The translations under genes were made by a program, and so were the position numbers. From Azolla caroliniana (taxonomy: Eukaryota > Plantae > Polypodiophyta): 64,000 nucleotides of DNA. Below the pieces are notes generated by a model. It saw only the letters and a list, made by a program, of their open reading frames with translations. It did not search any database and was not told the DNA's origin. Positions 48,429 to 59,270 of this stretch are shown piece after piece. Positions within the stretch are counted from its first letter, which is position 1; each line of letters starts with the position of its first letter. The DNA lies in NCBI GenBank assembly GCA_043228905.1, contig JBHGNT010000008.1, positions 18,600,001-18,664,000 of the forward strand, read 5' to 3'.

Positions 48429-49476
48429 CTGTCTTCCCGGCCCTGTCTCGGGTCGTCCTTTTCCGCATGCCGAGAGGGCGGTTTACTCCGCACCCTCTCC
48501 CGTGGTACCGACGTACCGTGTCCTCGGCCTCTTCGTAGGCCTGCTCTCTTCCTCCCTCCCGGAATGGTCATCTAGGAGTCCGCTCCGCCCGGTTCTCGTC
48601 CAGGTCCGTTCGTCCTTCTCCGGATTGCCGAGTCCCGTTCTCCTGTCGCCACCGATCTCTCTTATAGGACTCACACCGGCACTCGAGCCTGCAGCCGGAT
48701 CGGTGTAAGGAATCCCATAGGACCGGCTTTCATTCTCATTCCAAATCTCGACCTTCGCCCGGTCGGTCTTTCTCCCCATGTAAAAGAGGGCGGCTCGTCT
48801 CGCACCCCCTTCCGTATCAGCACTTTCATGCCGAATCCGGCCCCGATCGAACGATCCACGACCGGATTACGCTCCACCCGTATCGGAATGCCGATCTCCT
48901 CGTGCCGCGTCCGTCCTCGGCCTCCTCGCAGGTCGTTTCCCATCCGACTTCGTTGGCATCGTGCCAGGACTCCTTGGTACCGCCATCCATCTCCTCGGTC
49001 TTGCATGGGCATACGGGCCCGAATGCCAAGTTCTCCGGAATCGGGTCCGTGGGCTTTCGTCCGCTCCTTCTCCGTATCGTCTCGCCGGTGATTCTTGGTC
49101 TATCGCCGCCGCCTTCCTCCGCTTGGGACTCACGTGGGCACTCAGGCCCGACTGTCATCGTCTCGGGAGCAAGTGTGGGAAGACACAAAGAATCGCCCGT
49201 CCGTTTTACGCCCTTGTCCGTAGCCACCGACTCTTCGTGGTCGGCGGTCGTCTTCTTACCGATCGCGCAAGCCCCGTCTGGGCTTGCTTCTCCAATGACC
49301 GGGATCTCGGGATGACACGCCCAAAACCGTTGGTCCCAACGTTCCAGTTCCGCGATGTGTATCTCGGCCTCGTCCTTGGCCGTTCTATCTCCGCAAGTCG
49401 AGAGGGCGTTTCGTTCCGCACCCTCTCCCGTGGTACCGTCGTACCGATCTTCCGCCGTCGCGTGGGGCAAGTCCGT

Positions 49477-50265
49477 CTACTCAGTCTCGGCTTGCAGCCT
49501 CCGTCTTTCCTCTTCTTCGAGCATCGCCTCAAGAGCTGCATACGCCTCCACAATCCTAGCCCCAACGCCGACCCTTGCCGACTCTCTTTGTCGTTCGGCC
49601 TCTTCCCGTTGTGATGGCACGCCGTCGCATCCCTTCCTCTTAGCCTTCTCGGCTCGCTCATCATCTAGCCGTTGGCACACCCTTCCGACCTTCGACCAAT
49701 CCTCCGTAAGCCCATTCACTCCATCATCGTCTTCGAGCTCAATCCCGATGGCCTCCCGTTCTACTCGGTCGATCGACCTGACGAACAATAGGACCTTGTC
49801 CGCCCCCACCAAACCTTGTTCCCACTCTGGGAGCCGAGCAAGCCGTCGCTCAAACTCTCGGAACGCCTTCGTCGTGCCCTGGTGGTTCTTTGCCGATGCT
49901 ACCCATTGGTCGAAGTCGTGCTGTCCCCGGCTCTTCCGCCGTCCTCTGTATGCCTTCAGGAGCGCCTCTTCGAAGGCCTCCCACGAACTATGAGCCTCAC
50001 GGAGCTCCTTTACTTCCGCATGCATCCGGACAGCTACGACCCGGCAGAAGAACTCCAGCCTCAACACCTCGTCTACGCCACGCTCCTCCATTTCCGCGTT
50101 GTAGGCTTCCAAGTAAGATGGGACTTTGTCCCCGTTGAAACGGCCGACTCTTTCGACCACTCGCTCAACCGCTTGTTGCGCTGCTTCTCGCCTCATCACC
50201 ACTCGTGCCGACTCCAACACCACTTCGGCCACCATCTCCGCAAGGTCGTCGTCTTCCGACTCCAT
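49477..50265 (-). CDS. gag: Gag-like protein of element J (262 aa)
   Basis: AVERVVERVGRFNGDKVPSYLEAYNAEM...LEDDDGVNGLTEDW aligns by eye with the B gag (AVDRVVELEGQFDGRNVTKFLDAY...LEDDTQANGLVADW). Confidence 0.85.
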   Translation of the reverse strand: MESEDDDLAEMVAEVVLESARVVMRREAAQQAVERVVERVGRFNGDKVPSYLEAYNAEMEERGVDEVLRLEFFCRVVAVRMHAEVKELREAHSSWEAFEEALLKAYRGRRKSRGQHDFDQWVASAKNHQGTTKAFREFERRLARLPEWEQGLVGADKVLLFVRSIDRVEREAIGIELEDDDGVNGLTEDWSKVGRVCQRLDDERAEKAKRKGCDGVPSQREEAERQRESARVGVGARIVEAYAALEAMLEEEERRRLQAETE

Positions 50266-53230
50266 CCTCCCTTGCCGCCTTTCACGTCGGGTTCACCAAA
50301 GATGTCGCGTTGTTACGCGCGTGCGTGGAGAAAGGCGCGACCATGGGGGTCTTGGACTAGGGAGTAATGGAGCGTGGAAAGTCGTGCTTCACCGTTCCAG
50401 GGGCATCCCAGAAGAACACAGGAAGCGACCGAAGGGAGAGAGAGAGAGAGAGAGAGCGCTTAACACCGACTCACGCACACGCACGCACACACACACACAT
50501 GCCGACCCGACTCACGCCCTCATGTACAGGAAATGCAGGAAAAGGGGAAGCACCCGACACCAACAGAGATGCGAATATACACAGACAGACGCAAATGTAT
50601 ATATATATAAACAAAAGAATACATTCCCGGCTTTGAGCCGTTCCAAGGTAGGTTACAATAGTCGTCAGCTGCCAAGCCGCCGGTCGGGGAGCTCACGGGC
50701 TCGTCGCGTCGAGCGGGGTCTTGCGCAGGAGATGAGTTGAAGCAAACCCTAAGCGAACACGAAGGAGAAGAAGAAGAAGAAGAAACTAACTCTAAACCTA
50801 ACAGTATACCCTCTAATGCAAAATGGGCAACCCTTTCACAAAGGGCGTTCCCTTCCTTTTATAGAACAAGGAAAGGGATGCGTTTCAATGTGGGACAAAT
50901 CCCAACTTACATGGGATCGTCTGCCCCGACTTGACTACTCTTCGGCGCCATAAAGGCGCCCTCGATATTCACACTAAATGTACATGGGTGCGTACACACG
51001 CTGCACCCCGTCGATGTAGCCAATGTTTCCCGGTTTCTGCCTCTGGCCGAAATTCTTCACGACAACGTAGCACGGCTAGACTACGCAACACGCAATAAGA
51101 AGCGTAAAGCAATAAAGCCGGAATCCGATTCCTTAAATCAATGTACTCTGAAGACCGAAACAACTTTTCGACAGATGGAAGTTGTGTTCGAAGGGGCGTG
51201 TTGAGAATCGAACTCAACTTCCCATAGATAGGTTTCACACTAGCTCATGGACATACCAGGTTAGTTTTGTAAATAGTAGAAAGGGCACTTGCCCTAGCTC
51301 AGTTGGTATTTAAACCAACCCCTTGTAACTTAGTTGTTGTTGGATGTCTTATGCTTTGATGTAATTTTGGTCAATATACAGTTTTTCTATCTTTGTCTTA
51401 AGAGCTCTCTCTCTCTCACTTTGTCTTGAGACACACACACACTCACTCATCTTCCGCTGCATTACAACCACTCTTGCCTCCTCATTTCTTTACAGTAGCT
51501 AAGAGAGCACCGCAAGCATTGTTCCAAGATTTGGTTAACACGCTCCCTTTGTCCATCGGTTTGCAGATGATAGGTGGAAGATAGATTCACAATACAATCG
51601 AAGGTTTGCAGAAGGCGTCGCCAGAAATTGGAAACAAATTGTGATCCTCGATCAGAAGTGATATCGTCTGGGAGTCCATGTAGTCGAACCACATTTTTTA
51701 AAAACAAATCAGTTTTCTCCTCCCCAGTAATGGTTTTGGCACATGGAGAAAAATGAGCCATCTTGGTGAAGCGATCAACCATGACGAATACCAAATCATA
51801 GCCACCAACAAAAGGAAGGTCAGTGATGAAATCCATGGAAAGAGAGGCCCAAGGCCGTTTGGGGATTGGGAGAGGGTGAAGGAGACCATATGGTCAATGA
51901 TGAGATGCTTTAGAGCGAGCACAAACATCGCATGATTTAACGAATTCCTTGACCAATTTCCATGGATGTGGCCACCAATACCCCCGAGATATCAACTCCA
52001 AGGTTTTCGCAACGCCAAAATGACCAAGAAGTGGATCATCGTGACACTCGTGAAGCACCCTGGTTCGACAGGGACCTTCTGGGACATACTAAAGATTATC
52101 CTGAATTGTAAAACAAGCTAAATCAGGCCTTTTGGGTTCGTGTGAGGGGTTTGTGATACTTGCCTTGACCTCTATGGCGAACTTGTCAGTCGTAGTGGCT
52201 TTTGCTATTTGCTTGAGCAAAGAGTCATCCCGAAGCAAGCAAGTTGCGAAGTTGTAGAATTGGTCACGCTTGAACAAACTCTGGGACTCGGAACATAGGC
52301 TTCATCCTCCGGAGTGAGCTCGAACTCAGACCGACTAGAAAAGACATCGGTCGTCGTGTGTTGAGCGCCGGGTCGAAAGATTATCTCAAAATCATACTCT
52401 GCCAAGAAGGTTGACCATCACGCCTGTCTACGATTTAAGGTTCGTGTGGTAGAAAAGTATATTAGATTTTTGTGATCGGTAATCACTTGTATACGGTGTT
52501 GCACCTTAGCTAAATAGGGTCTCCATTATTCAAAAGAAGCAATAATAGCGAGAAGCTCCTTGTCGTACATGGGGTAGTTGATTTCTGGGGCCGTGAATTT
52601 GCGGCAGTAGTAAGCCATCGGGTGAAGCACACCGACCTCATCTGGCTGGGAGAGGATTGCCCCAATGGTGAAATTGGAAGCATCCGTTTCAACTTGAAAG
52701 GGCTTAGTGGGGTCAGGATGTAAGAGGACAGGTGCCATAGTAAAGGCTTCTTTCAGCAAGTCGAACGCCTTTTGTGCAACTGTTGTCCATTCGAAAGTCA
52801 AGTCTTGGCAAGTGGGAGAAGGTGAACAAATTGTCACGAAAGGGTGGAATGAGGCTAAGTACTAAGAGAGAGCGAGAGCATAAGCAAGATCACAAGATTG
52901 TCACAGACAAGTGGACGAGGCTCAATATTAAGAGATAACGGGAGAGAGAGCTAGACAAAAGAACAAGCAAGAGAGAGAGAAAATAGACAAATGAACAAGA
53001 AATGAAGTATGCTTTCATAACTGGTGTTGTTCACCTTGATTGTAATCAAGGTGCACCCCAGTATTTATACAAGAATGTGGAGGTATGCATGAAAGCTAGA
53101 AGACTTCTAGAGAGTGCATGGAAACTTCTAGAAGTGCATGAAGATGCATTCTCTAGAAGGTTCTTGAAAGTTCTAGTGATCAATCTATAATGGAATAAGT
53201 TGAATCTTATACAATACAATAATGCATAGA

Positions 53231-53300
53231 TGGATGTAGCTCAACTAGTAAGGTTGCCCAATAAGACCAGAAGGTCATGGGTTCAACCCCCACCATTCCA
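53231..53300 (+). ncRNA. tRNA-like Pol III cassette in the LTR of element G (second copy at 26195..26257)
   Basis: A-box tagctcaact(a/g)gt, ccaataa loop-like heptamer, gaaggtc variable arm, B-box gggttcaaccc, ending attcca. Confidence 0.65.
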
Positions 53301-53321
53301 TGTGGCATCCTGTTTATGACA

Positions 53322-53965
53322 CAAAGTACCAATTCAATTGTCGAAGGGCACCACAATTGTTTGGCACGTACCCGCACTGAAAATGAGTCTAGTCTCCATC
53401 GGTATGTTAGCCGAAGGCGGGTACATAATGATTATGAGCGAGTTGACATGGATAATCAACCATGGAAACCTAAAAATTAGAAGCGGACACAAGTACAACA
53501 ACTTCTATCAAATGATGGCAATCAATCCAAAAGGGGTCGTGAACATAGTCGAAAAGACTGACCCGAACCTATAGCATGGTCGACTCGGCCATATGTCTCA
53601 AGCCGACCTGGATCGGCTGATTGCGGTTGATCAGGATACAGAGTGAAGACACCCGATCCAACAATGGAGGGGAATACACCTCCTGAGCCTTCAAACAGTA
53701 CCTGTCTCACAAGGGGATCCGGCACCAAAAAACCATTCCATACACACCCATGCACAATGGAGTGGCAGAACAGATCAACCGAACAATCCAAGAGAGGGTG
53801 ACGACAATGCTCCAGCAAGCCGGACTAAAGCTGGAGTTTTGGGCCGAAGCATTGTAGACGGTAGTATATATGATCAATCTATCGTCGTCGAAAGCAATCA
53901 GGCTCGAAGTGCCATAGGCCCTATGGTCAGGCAAACAACCGACCTATGACAGGCTCCGTATATAT
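53322..53965 (+). mobile_element. Highly decayed Ty1/Copia integrase-region remnant
   Basis: HVPALKMSLVSIGML, HGRLGHMS and HNGVAEQINRTIQERV...EFWAEAL fragments. Confidence 0.8.
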
Positions 53966-53969
53966 GAAA

Positions 53970-55085
53970 GGCTCCATTTCAACTATCAAAAACCGCGGTT
54001 TAAACGATTTTTATTTTTAGTTTTTTTAATTTTAAAAAATTGTTTTTAAACAATCTTTTCATTTTTAGACCTTATTCTCACATTCTAGGAACATCTTTAA
54101 ATTTTTAAATTTTTTAAATTTTTAAAAAACGAAATATTATAAATATTAAAAATTTAAAAATTTAAAAATTGACCTATGTTGAAAACCGAAACCGAACCAC
54201 AAAACCGTGGTTTTTACAGTTTAATGGTTTAACGGTTTGGGAAAGGTATAACGGTTTCGTGGTTCGGTTCGGTTCAGGTTTCAAAAATTTTAAACGGTTT
54301 GGTTTGGACCCTCTCAAACCGAACCGAACCGTCGCAGATTGTTATTAGTTAGCTTCTTAGTTCTTACTCAATTTATAGTTGATACAAAGGTACCCATTTG
54401 GGTTGGCTTAGCTAAAAAGGGTTGTGCTAAAAGGGTGGGTCAGCTTAGGTACATGCATCTTAAAAATGGTGTGCATCATGCACACCACAATATATGTACA
54501 TGTATATCTGTCTGTATAGGTATATGTATATGTATATGTACATGTATATGTGTATGTATATGTATTATAAATATTAAAAAATTAAAAATTAAAAAATTGA
54601 CCTATGTTGAAAACCGAAACCGAACCACGAAACCGTGGTTTTTACGGTTTAATGGTTTAACGGTTTGGGAAATGTTTAACAGTTCGGTTTAACGGTTTCG
54701 TGGTTCGGTTCGGTTCAGGTTTCAAAAATTTTAAACGGTTTGGTTTGGACCCTCTCAAACCGAACCGAACCGTCGCCGATTGTTATTAGTTAGCTTCTTA
54801 GTTCTTACTCAATTTATACTTGATACAAAGGTAACGGTTCGGTTTAACGGTTTCGTGGTTCGGTTCGGTTCAGGTTTCAAAATTTTTAAACGGTTTGGTT
54901 TGGACCCTCTCAAACCGAACCGAACCGTCGCCGATTGTTATTAGTTAGCTTCTTAGTTCTTACTCAATTTATACTTGATACAAAGGTACCCCATTTGGGC
55001 CGGCTTAGCTAAAAAGGGTTGTGCTAAAAGGGTGGGTCAGCTTAGGTACATGAATCTTAAAAATGGTGTGCATCATGCACACCAC
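53970..55085. repeat. Complex tandem duplication with (ccgaa)n/(ggttc)n motifs, probably a DNA-transposon remnant
   Basis: The block ggttcggttcggttcagg...aaaccgaaccgaaccgtcg...gatacaaaggta occurs three times (~54260, ~54700, ~54855). Confidence 0.75.
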
Positions 55086-55229
55086 AATATATGTACATAT
55101 ATATCTGTCACAATATATGTACATGTATATCTGTCTGTATAGGTATATGTATATGTATATGTACATGTATATCTGTATGTATAGGTATATGTGTATGTAC
55201 ATGTATATCTGTATGTATAGGTATATGTG

Positions 55230-55282
<53 letters not shown>

Positions 55283-55500
55283 CTATGTGTATGTCTATGT
55301 ACATATATGTATATCATAGATGTAGATGTATATGTATACGTGTATGTAGATGTAGATGTAGATGTATAGGTATATGTGTATGTATATGTATATGTATATG
55401 TATATATGTATATGTCTATGTACATATATGTATATCATAGATGTAGATGTAGATGTATATGTATACGTGTATGTAGATGTAGATGTAGATGTATATGTAG

Positions 55501-55563
<63 letters not shown>
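55085..55563. repeat. (TATATG)n / (TAGATG)n microsatellite field
   Basis: Direct reading of the sequence. Confidence 0.95.
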
Positions 55564-55564
<1 letters not shown>

Positions 55565-56316
55565 TTTACTGTGTATATTCATGAGAGAGACAGACAGAGA
55601 GGAACAGAGTTAAGACAAGACAGAGAAGAGCATTGAAAGAGTAGCTGTCTTTGATGGGGAGATGGCACCAAATGCTGGCTTTCTCCGTCTTTATCTCCTC
55701 CTCCTTCCATCACAGACGATTTTCTAAATGGCTCTCTTAACCACTTAATTCGCCTCTTCTCTCTCTTTTAAATTGCCCAAACCATTTCTCTGATTGATCC
55801 CCCCTCTCTTTTTTTTCCCCTCTGATTGATCCCTTTTGTTTCGGGTTTTTTTGAGAGAGATTCGTCTCTCTCTTTTTTCTTCTGTTTCTCCCACAAATCC
55901 TTCGTGATTTTTGAATCAGATCTGTGCTTCTTCTTTTTTCTTCTGATTTTTTGCCTCTTCGATCTTTGTCTTCGTCTCCAACATCGATTCTCTGATGAAA
56001 AGAAAAGAAAATTTTTAAAAAAAAGCTTTTAAAAAGAGGGAATCTGTCTTTTTCTTGAGTTGGGTGGGCAGAGCACTAATCTATTTCTCTCTCTCTCTCT
56101 CTCTGTCTGTCTCTCTCTGATTTACGCCTTTTTCTTCTTTATTTGTTTGTTCTGTACTAGATAGCTTATAGTTCTCCTTCAGAAAGCATCAGGAAATCAA
56201 GAAGAAAGGAGGAGCAGAACATCATCAACAACAACAACAAAAACAAAAGCAAGAAAGAAAGAAGAAGAAGAGATGATCTTTTATTACAGTTAAGGTAAGA
56301 AGAAAGAAGGAAGAAG

Positions 56317-58266
56317 ATGCTGCGAAGAGCTCTGGGGTCTGTGAAGGATCAAGCAAGCATCGGAATCGCCATAGCTGGGGGCAGCTGTGCTCCAGATCTA
56401 GACATAGCTCTTGTGAAGGCGACAAGCCATGAGGAAGTTCCCATGAATGAAAGGTATGTCCAAGAGCTTCTCCATCTCACCTCCTACTCGAGGGGCTATG
56501 TGGCAGCATGTGTCACATCCCTGGCAAAGAGGCTCAGTAAGACCCACAATTGGGTGGTCGCCATTAAAGCTCTCAGCCTAACTCACCGCCTCCTCACCGA
56601 TGGTGACCCTGCCTTCGAGCACGAGCTCCAGTTCGGCCGCGCGAGCGGAAGCAGAGACTCGATGAGAGTCCTCAACCTCTCCAACTTTAGGGATGATTCT
56701 CACTCCCATGCTTGGGATTACTCTGCATTTGTTCGCACTTATGCCCTGTTTCTCGATGAGAAGCTTGATTTCAATCTAGCCATGGGCAAATCGCACAGTA
56801 ACAAAGGCCGGCCTTCGATCCGCCGAGGCAATAGCTATGATGAGCATGGCAGGGACAATGGCTATGGCTATGGCTATTTCTATGGAAATGGTGGCTATGA
56901 GAGTGGTTATGATGATAACTATAGAGAGCCCCATGGTGACTATGATGGGAGAAGAAGAAGAGAGAATGGGCATGGTAGAGAAGATGGAGATGGAGATAGA
57001 GATGGGGATGGAGATGGAGATGAGATGAAGAAAAGGAAGGCTTCTTCTTCCATTAAAGACATGACCATTCTTGAGCTAATGGAAAGGATCCCGCTCACTC
57101 AACGCCTTCTCGACCGAGTCTTGGCTTGCCGGCCAACCGGCTATGCTAGGATGAATCGGCTAGTTCAAATTGCCCTCCATCCCGTGGTGACCGAGAGCTT
57201 CGGGCTTTACTCGGACATTTCTCATGGCTTGGCTCGGGTCTTCGATTCGTTCTTCGACATGGACCACGTGGGTTGTGTGAAGGCCTTCGAAATCTATACC
57301 AAAGGGGCCAAGCAGATCGATGAATTGATATCATTCTATGGTGCATGTAACAGCATCGGAGTTTGCCGATCTTCCGAGTTTCCGGTAGTGACCAAGATTT
57401 CCGAAGAAAGTATTGAGACCATGGAGAGTTTCCTCATGGATCGATCCGAAGCATTGCGGAACCAGAAGAGAAGGAGCTCCGAGCCGATTCCTCCCAAGAG
57501 TCCGAGCCGCCGAGCCGAATCTGAGGCCGAGGAGAATGTGAGCTACGAAGATATCAACGGAATGAAAGCTTTGCCAGCTCCGCCTCTACGAGAGGAGGAG
57601 CCCGAGCCCGAGCCCGCAAAAGAGGCTCTACACGGTGCCAACGAACCCGATCTTCTAGGGCTTAACAATGGCAACGAGGTTTCGGCCGAGGAGCATGGAG
57701 ATAAGCTCGCATTGGCATTGTTTGCTGAGACGGCGCCATCTAACCAAGCACAAAGTTCAAATAATCGGGGGTCGGTAGCATGGGAACAAGATAGGCCTCT
57801 CGCCGGGTGGGAACTCGCCCTAGTAGAATCCGAAAGCAAGCTCTCGAACCCAATGCCCACCACGAATAGCCTCGCGGGAGGATTCGATAACTTACTCTTG
57901 ACGAGCATGTATGATCAAGCCACGATGACTCAGAAAGTGGCCTCGATGATGCCTTCGGGTAGCGCAAGTAGTGTGGCCTTACCGGGCCGGCCCGCGTCTT
58001 CATTTCTAGCTTTGCCTGCACCCCCCATGGCTCATCAGTCTGGAGGAGAAGATCCGTTTGCCGCATCCCTCAGTGTCCCGCCCCCATCCTACGTGCAAAT
58101 GTCGGACATGAAGCAAAAGCAGCAATTATTGGTACAAGAGCAACAAGTATGGTATCAATATCAGGCAGATGGCATGCAAGGTTACAATGGTCTCATGAAG
58201 TTCTATAGTCCCGGGTATACCAATGCTTTCCAGCCTCTTCCTTACTATGGTGCCTCCTACCATTGA
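56317..58266 (+). CDS. ANTH-domain clathrin assembly protein (AP180/PICALM family, similar to the Arabidopsis ECA4/CAP1 type), intronless CDS, 649 aa
   Basis: LRRALGSVKDQASIG, VKATSHEE, LSKTHNWVVAIKAL...HRLL, LNLSNFRDDSH..AWDYSAFVRTYA; C-terminal DKLALALF, WELALVES, LAGGFD.LLL.SMYD, DPFAAS..VPPPSYVQM. Confidence 0.95.
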   Translation: MLRRALGSVKDQASIGIAIAGGSCAPDLDIALVKATSHEEVPMNERYVQELLHLTSYSRGYVAACVTSLAKRLSKTHNWVVAIKALSLTHRLLTDGDPAFEHELQFGRASGSRDSMRVLNLSNFRDDSHSHAWDYSAFVRTYALFLDEKLDFNLAMGKSHSNKGRPSIRRGNSYDEHGRDNGYGYGYFYGNGGYESGYDDNYREPHGDYDGRRRRENGHGREDGDGDRDGDGDGDEMKKRKASSSIKDMTILELMERIPLTQRLLDRVLACRPTGYARMNRLVQIALHPVVTESFGLYSDISHGLARVFDSFFDMDHVGCVKAFEIYTKGAKQIDELISFYGACNSIGVCRSSEFPVVTKISEESIETMESFLMDRSEALRNQKRRSSEPIPPKSPSRRAESEAEENVSYEDINGMKALPAPPLREEEPEPEPAKEALHGANEPDLLGLNNGNEVSAEEHGDKLALALFAETAPSNQAQSSNNRGSVAWEQDRPLAGWELALVESESKLSNPMPTTNSLAGGFDNLLLTSMYDQATMTQKVASMMPSGSASSVALPGRPASSFLALPAPPMAHQSGGEDPFAASLSVPPPSYVQMSDMKQKQQLLVQEQQVWYQYQADGMQGYNGLMKFYSPGYTNAFQPLPYYGASYH

Positions 58267-58844
58267 AGAGGACACCAACCAAAGCCTTCAGTGTTATTTT
58301 TGGGGGTCTTATGTATGATGTCATATGGGTCCTTGCCATTTTGCACCATTTATTTGATCTATGTAATATCGACTTTGTTTCTTTTGTTTTCGTGGTCCGC
58401 TTTGTGGATGGATCGGATGGGTCTTTAGCTTGTTCCATCCAACGCAATATAGTCCGAGTATATATGTACCATTCTTTTATGATCTCATGGTCTTCAATGT
58501 TCTCATGTCTTTACACAAGTGTCATGGATGATATGATTGTGACTAGGCTACAACCCCCACTTAAAAGTAAAGGGACTTTATTCTCAGAGGAATGCACATT
58601 CACCATTGATTTCATGGGCATTGTTGTGGCTCTTTGTTAGTAAAGATAGATTTAGGTGACACCCTTTTTGTTCCTCTAAAAAACGTGAGCTTAAAGTTCA
58701 AGAAAGCACTAGTGTGGGACACAAAAAGTGAGAAAGACAGGAGCTTTTGAAAATAAAAAACTTCCAAATCCATGGCTTTTAGTGACACATTTATAGGATG
58801 AGTAAATTATGTGAACACAGTTTGTCGGTGTGCCATGTATGTGG

Positions 58845-59270
58845 ATAGGTTGGATGTTTCCCTTGTAAAGGGGTTGTCTTGGATTGGGATTTGTCTCATA
58901 TACCAGTACAAGTGGTAGGATCGTAGTGCATGTTCAATTGATTACAATCACCTAATGATGTAACTAAGAACCATAATTTGTTGGTGCTCCTTTTGTGGGT
59001 TCACCCTTGTAATGTTGCTATCCTTTATTGAGTTTGCCCTATGTACCCCAACAATTTTAGGATCATCATACCATAGGGTCAATTGATTGATTGATTGCAA
59101 TGAATGATGTAACTAGAACCATTGTTTGTACTTGCTCTTGTTGTGGGTTGGTTGGATGTCTCCCCTACAATGTGATATCCTTTATTGGGTTTGTCTCATT
59201 TACCCTTACAAGTGTTCAGATCATTCTATGGGCTTAATTGATTGATTGCAATTAATGATGTTATTAAGAA
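58845..59270. repeat. Three degenerate ~150-bp tandem repeats downstream of the ANTH gene
   Basis: aattgatt...aatgatgt(a/t)a recurs at ~58936, ~59081 and ~59236, with shared ggttggatgt and tcctttattg motifs. Confidence 0.7.

Larger units (their letters stand above)
38894..51064 (-). mobile_element. Element J: non-autonomous gag-only LTR element of the Trp-PBS lineage
   Basis: LTRs 38894..46716 (interrupted by K) and 50303..51064, 4-bp TSD acgt, PBS-Trp 50281-50298, PPT at ~46717-46733; no RT, RH or INT motifs. Confidence 0.92.
27019..51494 (+). mobile_element. Element H: decayed Ty1/Copia hosting several nested insertions
   Basis: LTRs 27019..27311 and 51199..51494, 5-bp TSD gtagc, Met-i PBS tggtatcagagc 27312-27323. 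Gag/PR/INT 27414-29713, RT/RH 36875-38872. Confidence 0.95.
26195..53321 (-). mobile_element. Element G: Tcn1-like chromovirus lacking gag-PR-RT, interrupted by Copia H
   Basis: 5' LTR 52832..53321; 3' LTR remnant 26195..26278; PPT at 26279-26291. RNase H (VETDASNF) 52526..52837; integrase 51500-52100 continuing at 26630-27018; chromodomain EYEVDQILD...LVLWKRY...KWEP in 26290..26628. Confidence 0.88.

Noticed and set aside
53970-55085. Helitron or complete hAT element
   Set aside because: No paired TIRs/TSD, and no Helitron 5'-TC / hairpin-CTRR ends could be identified.
55005-55636. ORFs of YI/CI/HI dipeptide repeats
   Set aside because: Translations of the TATATG microsatellite.
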